Notes under the pieces: model-generated | Databases searched by the model: none | Told to the model about the DNA's origin: nothing | Seen by the model: only the letters and a program-made list of their open reading frames with translations | Made by a program: the position numbers and the translations under genes | IMG/VR virus record: IMGVR_UViG_3300010938_000950 | Span: 62,001-126,000 of that record | Length of the DNA stretch: 64,000 bases | Strand: one strand, 5' to 3' | In this document: piece after piece, positions 41,601 to 49,978 of the stretch | Layout of the letters: every line of letters starts with the position of its first letter | Numbering within the stretch: the first letter of the stretch is position 1

Positions 41601-42373
41601 TGTTGGATGCCTTCAGTAGTTTGTACATTTAAATATCCACCAGAAGGAAAACCAGTAGTGGATGCTACGTTGATAGTACCAGTAGGTAGTGAAACGTTGT
41701 TAGAAGAGGCTGCGATGGTTGTGCTAGCGGTTGTAGTAGAAGCAACGTTTATGGTAGCCTGAGGTAAAGATTGTCCGTTAGATCCCGCAGCAATAGTAGT
41801 TCTGTAATTAGAAACATTGTTAATTGTAAAGCTAGTAGCGGCACTTGTAAATGGATTGACATTGGTTGCACTGAAAACAGCATCCCCACTGACAGACGTA
41901 CTAACCTGAGCAGCAGTGTATCCATCATTTCCGATTGCTAAAACAGGGGTTCCTTCTGTAAAATTAACTGGCCATGCGAATGGGGTAGTATTAATGACAC
42001 CGCCGCCAGTATACGATCCATTTCCAGTTGATCCGTTTAAGCTAAATGTGGTTGTAGAAGTAACTGTAATTTGAAAAGTTCCGTTAGCGGCCAAATTTCC
42101 TAATACTCCAGAAATTGTAACTTGTTGTCCAGTAAATAGTGCGTGAGTTGTTGTAGTAGTAATAACGATTGGAGATACGCCAGCGCCTGTGGTATTTGAT
42201 ACGTTGTATGAAATGCTCATGGTGTTTGCAAATCCACCAGGCGTTTGCAAGCCGGTTCCACCATTAACGCAGTATCCCCAGAACTCATAGAGTACTTTTA
42301 AGAACTCGGAGGCTCTTCCAGTTTGGTTATAATTGTAAAATAGTCCTCGACAGAACCTTAGTGAAGTTGGCAT
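38606..42373 (-). CDS. Virion-type scaffold Y protein with a ~730-aa nested insert (8 A and 3 B modules in total)
   Basis: Paralog of 32085; see findings. Confidence 0.75.
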   Translation of the reverse strand: MPTSLRFCRGLFYNYNQTGRASEFLKVLYEFWGYCVNGGTGLQTPGGFANTMSISYNVSNTTGAGVSPIVITTTTTHALFTGQQVTISGVLGNLAANGTFQITVTSTTTFSLNGSTGNGSYTGGGVINTTPFAWPVNFTEGTPVLAIGNDGYTAAQVSTSVSGDAVFSATNVNPFTSAATSFTINNVSNYRTTIAAGSNGQSLPQATINVASTTTASTTIAASSNNVSLPTGTINVASTTGFPSGGYLNVQTTEGIQQVLYTGITATTFTGCTLGRGSMQTGGTVTIGFPSSGTINVTTSGGVQTVTYTGITGTTFTGCSGGTGTMSTGGAVTAPISVNMTAANSYSNLGSVVVSGVTGNTTANGTWIITTPTNNISNATYFNTTTGFPSNGASLPQATVNANTAAPFTTTTGIQALPTATINVAATATASTTIASGSNNIALPTGTINVVSTTGFPTTGTLNIATTVVTSIALGSSGQSLPQSTINVSTTNGFPTSGTLSVADNSIQTTIAAGSNGQALPQGTINVASTVGFAASGTIYVTTSSGAQIVTYTGTTGTSFTGCSGGGGTMSTGGVVYAATSVSYTGLTSTSFTGCTGGTGTLLIGIPIGGGPFNQTVTYTGVTGTSFTGALGGFGTMFTGNTVNNTGFFTNFPTAGSLYITTSAGSQLINYTGVSATSLTGCSGGTGSTSAGGSVFTAFSPASNYTSIAVASSGQVLPQATINVASTTGFPTSGYIYVLTTTGYQPVTYTGTTGTSFTGCSGGTGTMTTGNPVFISFAQTGSFTIMTSTGNQIVSYTGTTATTFTGCSGGTGAMTTGNTILSPITITTSDFHTLLTGQTVITSGINGLPNANTTALTTVISNRVATLNGTIASGAYTSGGSIANRNSIILNNSTPNGSWTSGGTQTVTTSNMVGKLLIMWKPNSGTTEDSIYIITAVNSPNSIRINLNTGGTPDPTNLHPSFTQRSNINYRIVDAGLAQTFSSGNGNYMVMQFNPSSIGINPGQANSQIQLFGNDTAGTIGTIISPGGNWNGLTFPVTGDPQTDATTQFTSQSGGIFNGIPANTMAMTMAADPAFFWMHFKDVNSGDASSYLHCEIPIRLYTQAADTNPVAVLSRGGVFNGSVFRCDGTSGNSGTIGNGFVMKDTTGTIRTYRMLAKSLGGDGTPTFGSNLTDIRLTFNTTRGTVLASDGVLSLPGVTGQYSLGRVKLRTLKFTGTTLPLYHRFGTATGQFLNTQNGIAIIWDNTILPSSLFYII

Positions 42374-42393
42374 TTATTCTCCGTTTAACCAAA

Positions 42394-42406
42394 ATGTCGT
42401 ATTATT
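42394..42406 (-). promoter_or_regulatory. Candidate phage promoter motif
   Basis: Minus strand aataa tacg acat, 20 nt before the start at 42373. Confidence 0.45.
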
Positions 42407-42412
42407 GCGTGT

Positions 42413-43372
42413 TTATGCGAACCAAGTGTCTAAGACCTCTGGAGTAGAATAAGGCCCTATACACGGGAAAGCTGGCGCATTTGCTAAAGAAATTTCTGTG
42501 TCTACCCAAACAACCGGAGTAGGAGTTGTACAGGAAGTATCATAAGCTCTTAATTTATAATATCTCACGGCGCTGGTAACTGTGATTGGTAAAACCCCAA
42601 CTTTGTACACTAATTTAAAATAATCCAGAGGTCTTGCAATATCCGCGACTCTAATATCTTGAATTAAAATATTTGGTTCTTCTTTATTGGCTGATCCTGT
42701 AGCTGTAATTGCACCAGTTCTCCAAAATCCAAAACCATTAACACCGTCGGTATACGATAAGGATGCTGCTGCTACAGAATTTAATTGTGTACTTCCAGAA
42801 TATCTAATACATTGAAATCCATTTAAATAGGCACGCAAATCTGTGCCATCGTGTGTTAATCCTATATGCGACCACTGCTGCAGGGGTATCGGAAAATCGG
42901 TAACTGTGAATGTAGCATTGGTACTCGAAGTTAAAGCAACTTGTGCTATCCAGTCTTGGCCACCGTTAGATGTAAGTGTAGAAATATTAATAGCTTGAAA
43001 GGGGCTCGTCCAACTTGAAGTAATTGTACTATCTCTATATTCTTTTCCAAATAATGTTGTATTATTTGTAGTAGTATAAGATTTTAAATATACCCAAGCC
43101 GACACAGTTAATGGCGGCGTAGGATTAATAGTTTTAGCGCCAGCCGCGTAATTTCTAGTGGCTGAGGCGCCGGTCGGAAAATTTCCTGTGCTAGGAAACT
43201 GCGCACAAGAGTCATCAAAAACGCCAGTTCCAGTCCTTACTATGGTATTAGTAATATTTAAATCTGTACTTACATCATTAGGTGAAGTGACGCCGGTATT
43301 TCTATACGGACCAGAACTTTCGTTAAGTCTCCACACTAAAATATCATGTTCGTCTGGTGTTACTCTACCCAT
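42413..43372 (-). CDS. LamG/concanavalin-A-like domain protein with C-terminal YYKLRAYDT module
   Basis: TVSAWVY, WSHIGLTHDG..LRAYLNG, IQDIRV. Confidence 0.8.
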   Translation of the reverse strand: MGRVTPDEHDILVWRLNESSGPYRNTGVTSPNDVSTDLNITNTIVRTGTGVFDDSCAQFPSTGNFPTGASATRNYAAGAKTINPTPPLTVSAWVYLKSYTTTNNTTLFGKEYRDSTITSSWTSPFQAINISTLTSNGGQDWIAQVALTSSTNATFTVTDFPIPLQQWSHIGLTHDGTDLRAYLNGFQCIRYSGSTQLNSVAAASLSYTDGVNGFGFWRTGAITATGSANKEEPNILIQDIRVADIARPLDYFKLVYKVGVLPITVTSAVRYYKLRAYDTSCTTPTPVVWVDTEISLANAPAFPCIGPYSTPEVLDTWFA

Positions 43373-43374
43373 GA

Positions 43375-44316
43375 TTAAAATCCTAACTTAGTCCAAGATT
43401 GCACTATTTCTATCGGCCCCAAACTACCACCACATGGAGGAGATGGTGCACCGTTGTAGTTTATTCCATTAGATACCCAATAAACTGGAGGAGAATTTGA
43501 ACAAGTTGTATCATATGCTCTTAATTTATAATATTGAGATAGTGGATTTGAACCTGTACCTGGGGATAACACTCCGTTTCTGTATACATTTTGAAAATAT
43601 GATTGTGGTCTAGCTACATTAGCAATTCTAATATCACATATTGAACATACTGGTTCTTCTGGATTTCCTGAGCCGGCTGGTATGGCACCTACGAACCATG
43701 GACCTGGAGTAGTGCCGTAGTTTATATTTCCGCTAGCTGTACCTGTAGCGACTATACTTCCATTAATATAGCCTATCTGAGTGGCACCATCATATGTTAG
43801 TCCAACATGTGTCCAATTATATAAAGAAATTGTGTTTTCAGCAGATACCGTACCTGCACCGCCAGATGCCGTAACAAAAAATAAGTCCCAGGCTGACGAT
43901 TGTGAGGTATATGTTCTATTTTGTAATCCCAATGCTCCAAATGTACTAGACCAGTTTCCGGTATTCATTTGTTTCATGAACGGATGCTGTGTAAATCCTG
44001 TAGTATTGTAGGCTCGCAAATAAATCCAAAAAGATATGGTAATAGGGGCTTGTAGCGTAAAATTATTAGCACCAGCAATAAAATTGCGAGGGCTGCTGCT
44101 ATTAGATCCTGTGAACTGTACACAACTGTTATTACCAGATGCAGCAAATAGACTCGGCTGTTGTAATAAGACTGTTCCTGATAACGTAGCTAAATCAGAA
44201 ACGGCATGTGAAGGGGCTGATGGAGAAGTAGAAGAATTTACAAACGGAGCTGCCGCTTCGTCTAATTTCCACACAACAAGATCATTATTATCTGGTTCTA
44301 TTCTAGTTCCTGACAT
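43375..44316 (-). CDS. LamG/concanavalin-A-like domain protein with C-terminal YYKLRAYDT module
   Basis: TISFWIY, WTHVGLTYDG...YING, ICDIRI. Confidence 0.8.
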   Translation of the reverse strand: MSGTRIEPDNNDLVVWKLDEAAAPFVNSSTSPSAPSHAVSDLATLSGTVLLQQPSLFAASGNNSCVQFTGSNSSSPRNFIAGANNFTLQAPITISFWIYLRAYNTTGFTQHPFMKQMNTGNWSSTFGALGLQNRTYTSQSSAWDLFFVTASGGAGTVSAENTISLYNWTHVGLTYDGATQIGYINGSIVATGTASGNINYGTTPGPWFVGAIPAGSGNPEEPVCSICDIRIANVARPQSYFQNVYRNGVLSPGTGSNPLSQYYKLRAYDTTCSNSPPVYWVSNGINYNGAPSPPCGGSLGPIEIVQSWTKLGF

Positions 44317-45038
44317 TATGGCACCGTTCCACCAAAGTATGCTTCAGCAAAATATGATTGAGGTCTTACTATATTTGCGAGTCTAACATCTTGCACAATT
44401 AAATTTCCACCATCTAATGAAGCGGTATCTGGAATAGTACCTACAAACCATTTACCAGGATTTCCACTATTACTTACAGCGCCACCACCTGGAACTAAAC
44501 TTCCAACTAATGTACCATTCAAATAAGCTCTCAGAGTGGTGCCGTCCCATGTTTCTCCTACATGAACCCACCTGCCTTGTGGTATTAAATAAGGAGAATT
44601 AATGGCTAACTCTCTTAGTGTACCACCCGTTGTTACGTAGGCTATCCATCTACCATCCGATGTGTTTCTAATATATAATCCACATGTGAGGAAGGGTGAA
44701 GACCATGATCCTGCTGAGTATTGTTTAGTAAAAATGGATCCGTAGCTGCTGGAATATCTTCTAACAAATACCCAAGCTGAAAGAGAGAAGTTAGCAGGTA
44801 CATCAACTCCAAATCCACCACCACTGCCATCATGATTTGAAGAGATATTTTGACCAGGAATATAAACTCCTTTGAAATCTGCGTCTATTTTGATGAGACC
44901 TGGAACTTCCGAAATTATACCACCATAATCCACCAGATCACCAGCAGAACCAGCAGTTCCTAAATTTTGACGATTTGGACCCGCTTCATTTAGTGGATAG
45001 ACTAAGATATCATTTGCATCTGGTTGTAATCTAGCCAT
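44316..45038 (-). CDS. LamG/concanavalin-A-like domain protein
   Basis: SLSAWVF, WVHVGETWDGTTLRAYLNG, VQDVRL. Confidence 0.8.
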   Translation of the reverse strand: MARLQPDANDILVYPLNEAGPNRQNLGTAGSAGDLVDYGGIISEVPGLIKIDADFKGVYIPGQNISSNHDGSGGGFGVDVPANFSLSAWVFVRRYSSSYGSIFTKQYSAGSWSSPFLTCGLYIRNTSDGRWIAYVTTGGTLRELAINSPYLIPQGRWVHVGETWDGTTLRAYLNGTLVGSLVPGGGAVSNSGNPGKWFVGTIPDTASLDGGNLIVQDVRLANIVRPQSYFAEAYFGGTVP

Positions 45039-45045
45039 TCATGCC

Positions 45046-46428
45046 TCACGAGTATACTATTGTAAGTCGCGCATTATTACATATTACTCGGTCTGTAACT
45101 GCTCCACTAGTTTTCCAAATTTGAACTTCATATCTTGTTACTGCATCACTCCTAATTGTTCCTGGAGTTGTTCCAACGGTGAGTGGAAGCGATGTATATT
45201 CTGTTGTCACAGTATTGTTGAACTGGAATAAAGTATTTGTAATTGGTACATTATGAGTAGTATCAAATAATCTACAATATCCGTCAACACCAGCCGCTGA
45301 TACTTCTAGACTGGCCTTAAAGGTTATACTTCTAGTTCTTCCACTGTTATCAGTTAACAGCGCTGGATAAAGAGTAATATCTAACTCTCTTCCTCCGGTA
45401 CCTGCTGGTGTAGAGAACCCATTCATTTCCGTACCCGCAACAAAATTGATATCGGATGGCATAGCTAAGGCTAGAAGGGTAGTAATTAAAACAGGCGGGC
45501 TATAAGTGATGTTTATTCTTGCGTTTCTACAAATAACCTGATCATTTACTCCACCACCAGTGATATAAATCTGTACTTCATATTGAGCAACCATATCAGT
45601 TCGCATTAATCCGGCAGTTATTCCTGAATTTATTTCAGCAGATAATTCTACCGAAGTTAGACTGCTGGTAGACAGGGTGCTGCTAGCAATGATTGCATTA
45701 TTTGTAACATCTTTAATTCTTACGAATCCAGTAGCTGCAGCATTAGTTACCTCTAAGTCAGCAATGAATTTCATTGTTCTGGTACGACCATCCAGTGTAG
45801 TTGAAGGATACGGAGACATATCTACGGCACGTGCACCAACTCTAAATGGAGAAGATGAGTTGCTGTATCCATCGCCGCCAACAAATGTGATATCAACCGG
45901 CAACAAAGTAACTGTTGGTAGAATATTTAAAGTTACTGATTGTGTAACGGGTTTCCATATATACCCGTCCCAGGTAAGTACTTGATTTGTTGTAGGAGAT
46001 TGCGTAGAAACTGGCCTTCCCTGTAACCCGGTAACGTAAGGTAAAGCATGTGTATTGCCTAAATCTTGAGCTAATTGAATAGAATTAGTTGGTTCCCAAA
46101 CAATGCCATTCCAGCCCACAACTTGACCTGGTGAAGGGGCAGCACTGGAAAGTGGACGATTTTGTAATCCAATAACTAATGGATGAGAAGGTACTCCTCC
46201 CAAGTCTCCAGCAATTGTAACAACTTGCTGTGTGATAAGAGTTTCTATATTATCTAATCTGGCTCTAACAGTAGCAAAAGTACCACTTGGTTTAGCTCCT
46301 AATTCATTTTCAATTGCAATAATGGCATTTCTTAGTCGATTGACCGTATCTCCGCCAATAGGGGATTGATTATCTACCACAAGAGGTAAAGTAACATTAT
46401 TGTCTATTTGTGCAGGATAATTAGTCAT
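45046..46428 (-). CDS. Virion structural protein with NYP..DN..LP head, two GDLG..VIGLQ..P modules and a duplicated C-terminal domain
   Basis: Internal duplication DI.FV.G..G.S.....GR.R...F.A.LEV...YEVQI...D.VIC.NAR..I.YS. Confidence 0.7.
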   Translation of the reverse strand: MTNYPAQIDNNVTLPLVVDNQSPIGGDTVNRLRNAIIAIENELGAKPSGTFATVRARLDNIETLITQQVVTIAGDLGGVPSHPLVIGLQNRPLSSAAPSPGQVVGWNGIVWEPTNSIQLAQDLGNTHALPYVTGLQGRPVSTQSPTTNQVLTWDGYIWKPVTQSVTLNILPTVTLLPVDITFVGGDGYSNSSSPFRVGARAVDMSPYPSTTLDGRTRTMKFIADLEVTNAAATGFVRIKDVTNNAIIASSTLSTSSLTSVELSAEINSGITAGLMRTDMVAQYEVQIYITGGGVNDQVICRNARINITYSPPVLITTLLALAMPSDINFVAGTEMNGFSTPAGTGGRELDITLYPALLTDNSGRTRSITFKASLEVSAAGVDGYCRLFDTTHNVPITNTLFQFNNTVTTEYTSLPLTVGTTPGTIRSDAVTRYEVQIWKTSGAVTDRVICNNARLTIVYS

Positions 46429-46470
46429 GAAAGCCTTTGGATCTCTTAACGTTATTTTTTACTCAGATGT

Positions 46471-46488
46471 ATGCTAAAAATTTAGTAT
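46471..46488. promoter_or_regulatory. Palindromic, possibly bidirectional copy of the candidate promoter motif
   Basis: atgctaaaaatttagtat reads aaaaa ttta gtat (+) and aaatt ttta gcat (-) between divergent structural operons. Confidence 0.5.
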
Positions 46489-46533
46489 ACTTGTGTGGTA
46501 AGGACCTACCGCTATAGGCTGAAACGTTAAAAC

Positions 46534-49482
46534 ATGAGTAATTATCCCTTTAGTTTCGACAACAATATCACTCTACCTGGAGTTTCTGGAAGTTCGCAGG
46601 AAGATGTAGCTATTACTGCTCTGAGAAGTGCAGTTTTTGCTATTGAAACCGAGCTTGGAATTACTCCAAGCGGAATTTATCCCGATGTTAGAACTAGATT
46701 AGATATTTTAGAATCTAGAATTCAATTTGGAGTTTCTCCTCAAATTCCAAATGATGGTTATGTAAAAAGTCCTTTATATATTTGGAATGTCCCGCAAAAT
46801 ATAGTTTTAAGCATTAGCGATGGATATGGGGCACCTACCGAAAATAGACTAGACGGCTCTCTCTATATGAGAGGCGGGGATGGCTATGCCAATAATCAAC
46901 TTTATGTTAGACTAAATGGTCAATGGTATCCTGTACAAACTGAACAATTTACCGCAGCTAATGACTTAGCTGGGTATCCACCTGGTTCAGATGGACATTT
47001 AGCACAGACAGTTATTGGATTATATAATCATCCATTTAATACTACCATGGACACCGTGGGCGCCGTAGAAGATGGCTATCACGTTACCTGGAATAATATT
47101 TTAGGAATGTGGGAAGCTCAAACTGGATTTATTCCAGGTCGCGACCTCATGGCATTTTCTGGTCCTTACGGACGTACTGGTCAACAAGTTATTGGCCTTC
47201 AAGGTTTCCCTCTCTCAGGATTCCCTCCAACTGATGGATACACGCTAGTTTGGCAGGCGTCTGATAATCGTTGGGAACCACAAGCACGCGCTGTCATATT
47301 TGACGGGTACGTTGCTCGTGTCAACTTACGTTCCAACCGCGCTCAACAATCACCAATTTTAAACACCAAAACTGGAATTGTAAACTTTGGAACTGATACG
47401 AGCGGGCTGACTCTCGGAGCCACCAATGACTACGCTATAATTTTAGGTGGTGACCGAAATCTTTCATCTGGAATTCACTCCATCGTTGTAGGTGGTTTTG
47501 CTGGCAATTCTTCGGATGGTTACGCTCTTATTATTAATGGAAATTCCAACACAGCATCCGCCCAATATGCTACAGTTGTTAACGGAACTACCAATGCCGC
47601 TAGCGGTATACGATCATTAGTATTACACGGAACTTCCAATATAGCTTCTGGTGCTAATTCCTATATAGGTAACGGCGCTAGCAATACAACAGCGGCCAAT
47701 TTTTCTGCCGTACTAAATGGATCTTCTAATAGTATCTCTTCAGGATCTACCCATGCAGCAATCGGATTTGGTAATCTAAATCAAATAACGGGCGGCGCAG
47801 CTTCACAATTCTCTATCATCCTTGGCGGAACTACCAACGTTATTTCTAGCGCTGAAAATGTTCTCATCGGAGTTCCAGACAGTTCTGATTCAGCGGCCCC
47901 ACACTCTATTTTACTATCCGGTGTAAATAATTCAATTCTTACACTGTCTGATTACTCAGCTATTTTAACTGGCACGAATAACACAATAAATACGTCTTCA
48001 GAATATGGATTTATTGGAACTGGTCAAAATAATAATGCTACTGGCCATTTTTCTACTATCTTAAATGCAGATACTTCCACGGTAAATGGACAACACGCTA
48101 CGGTTCTAAAAGGTCTTAGTAATAGTGCAACCGGACAGCATTCCACCATTATTAATGGAAATAGTAACACCATAAATAGTGCCGGCTGGAGTATTATTCT
48201 AGATGGTTATAATAATTCTGTAACCGGCACAGGATCATTTATTGCAGATGGTTACAACAATAGTGTTTCCGGATTCTTTTCATCTATTCTGAATGGTAAT
48301 TTCAATATTATTGCGGGTAGAAATAGCACCATCATGAATGGTACTGGCAATAATATAGACACTAATAGTGCTGAAAGTGCTGTTATTTTAGGAAATAATA
48401 ATACGTTTGTCAACTCAACCAATGCACTTGTAACCGGTACTGGTAACGTACTAACAAATGCATCGCAGCAATTTGTATTGGGAGCTAATAACAGTACTCA
48501 ATCAGCCTTCTCATTTATCAATGGCAGTTTGAATACACTGGCAACGGGTTCAGCATTCAATAGAATTTTCGGTTCAAGTAATACACTGGGAGCAAATGCT
48601 TCTACCAATTTTATTATGGGCAGCTCCAATATTGTGGGACCAGCTAACGCTACATCAAATACAGTTATTTTAGGAACCAATAACCTTGTAGATAATTCTA
48701 GCGCAGCCTATGTGAGAGGATCTAGTAATATCGTAAGTTCTAATTTTGGTTTTGTAGACGGTCAGTTTGGTAAATCAAGAATGTTTGGCCAAGGAGTAAT
48801 GTCCAATTCTAGATTTACTGCAACCACAATCGCTGCCGGTTCCAATGGTCAAAGTTTACCACAAGGCACTATTAACGTAGTTTCCACGGCCGGATTCCCA
48901 TCCAGTGGATCAATAGCTGTCATTACTTCACTTGGTTTACAGTCTGTTACCTATTCTGGTACAACTGGTACCAGCTTTACAGGCTGTGCTGGCGGTAGTG
49001 GTGTTATGTCTACTGGTAATGCTGTAGGTAAGATTGGTGAAGTCCAATGGTCGCGCTTGGTATTGACTGGTAGATCAACTGGTGGAGCTGCAATTCCATT
49101 ACAATTACAAGATACAGTTGCTGCTAACCCAACCTTCGTTGATGGTTATTCTTATGATTTAAGTATCAAAGTTCTTATCGTTAATACTTCGCCAATCACA
49201 CCAAATCCAGTGGTTCCAGCAAGATATCACATAGATGTTCTTGCACATCAAGAAAGTGGTGTGTTGGTGTTGGATAATATCAATTATACATTGTCTACGC
49301 CTAACACAGTAGATAGTATATTTAGAACGCCTTGGACCGTTACGATTTCTACTAACGGCGCAAACCAAATGTTAGTAACAGTTGATGTTGAAGCGCTTAC
49401 CTCTTACGTACAACCAAGCAATACACCTTCTGATAGAAGAGCAATTGCTACAATTGAAATGCGAGAAATTTCGAGACTATAA
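46534..49482 (+). CDS. Fibre/adhesin-like protein with ~15-aa beta-solenoid repeats (YadA-head-like) and one A module
   Basis: N.A.G..S.I.NG..N repeats; N-terminus paralogous to 45046. Confidence 0.7.
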   Translation: MSNYPFSFDNNITLPGVSGSSQEDVAITALRSAVFAIETELGITPSGIYPDVRTRLDILESRIQFGVSPQIPNDGYVKSPLYIWNVPQNIVLSISDGYGAPTENRLDGSLYMRGGDGYANNQLYVRLNGQWYPVQTEQFTAANDLAGYPPGSDGHLAQTVIGLYNHPFNTTMDTVGAVEDGYHVTWNNILGMWEAQTGFIPGRDLMAFSGPYGRTGQQVIGLQGFPLSGFPPTDGYTLVWQASDNRWEPQARAVIFDGYVARVNLRSNRAQQSPILNTKTGIVNFGTDTSGLTLGATNDYAIILGGDRNLSSGIHSIVVGGFAGNSSDGYALIINGNSNTASAQYATVVNGTTNAASGIRSLVLHGTSNIASGANSYIGNGASNTTAANFSAVLNGSSNSISSGSTHAAIGFGNLNQITGGAASQFSIILGGTTNVISSAENVLIGVPDSSDSAAPHSILLSGVNNSILTLSDYSAILTGTNNTINTSSEYGFIGTGQNNNATGHFSTILNADTSTVNGQHATVLKGLSNSATGQHSTIINGNSNTINSAGWSIILDGYNNSVTGTGSFIADGYNNSVSGFFSSILNGNFNIIAGRNSTIMNGTGNNIDTNSAESAVILGNNNTFVNSTNALVTGTGNVLTNASQQFVLGANNSTQSAFSFINGSLNTLATGSAFNRIFGSSNTLGANASTNFIMGSSNIVGPANATSNTVILGTNNLVDNSSAAYVRGSSNIVSSNFGFVDGQFGKSRMFGQGVMSNSRFTATTIAAGSNGQSLPQGTINVVSTAGFPSSGSIAVITSLGLQSVTYSGTTGTSFTGCAGGSGVMSTGNAVGKIGEVQWSRLVLTGRSTGGAAIPLQLQDTVAANPTFVDGYSYDLSIKVLIVNTSPITPNPVVPARYHIDVLAHQESGVLVLDNINYTLSTPNTVDSIFRTPWTVTISTNGANQMLVTVDVEALTSYVQPSNTPSDRRAIATIEMREISRL

Positions 49483-49910
49483 TGGCAACAACAGTTAGAA
49501 CAACTAGAACATTAACCATGCCCGATATGTCGGACAGGTACCCAAGCAACAATCCTCCTGACGGCTATATTATTACTTTTAGTGGAGCCGATGGTTATTA
49601 TTTAGCTAAACCATTGTCTAGAATTTTAGCAATTAGTAGTCCAACTTCTCCATATACTCCAACAACTGAAGATGTTGTTTTAGTTCCAAATCACGTTGGT
49701 GTTTTTACAATTAATTTACCACTTGGTCAAACTCCTGGAAAAACTTTTTATATTAAAGATTTTGGTGGGGTTGCAGCAGCCAATAACATATTGGTTTCTG
49801 GAAACGGTAATAATATTGATGGCGCACCAAGCCAAACAATTACTTCAAATTTCGGTGGATTACAGGTAATTTGGAGTGGGGCCAGTTGGGCAATTATTTC
49901 GAACATCTAA
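49482..49910 (+). CDS. Small fibre-associated protein with one INLP..GK.F.IKD.G...NNI.V.GNG.NIDG module
   Basis: Module shared with 21444 and 49979. Confidence 0.7.
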   Translation: MATTVRTTRTLTMPDMSDRYPSNNPPDGYIITFSGADGYYLAKPLSRILAISSPTSPYTPTTEDVVLVPNHVGVFTINLPLGQTPGKTFYIKDFGGVAAANNILVSGNGNNIDGAPSQTITSNFGGLQVIWSGASWAIISNI

Positions 49911-49949
49911 TATCTTCAAAATTCTACGCATTTAGAATAACGATAATCT

Positions 49950-49962
49950 AATAAAGAGACAT
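49950..49962 (+). promoter_or_regulatory. Candidate phage promoter motif
   Basis: aataa agag acat, 16 nt before ATG 49979. Confidence 0.45.
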
Positions 49963-49978
49963 CTCTCTAGGAGATTCT

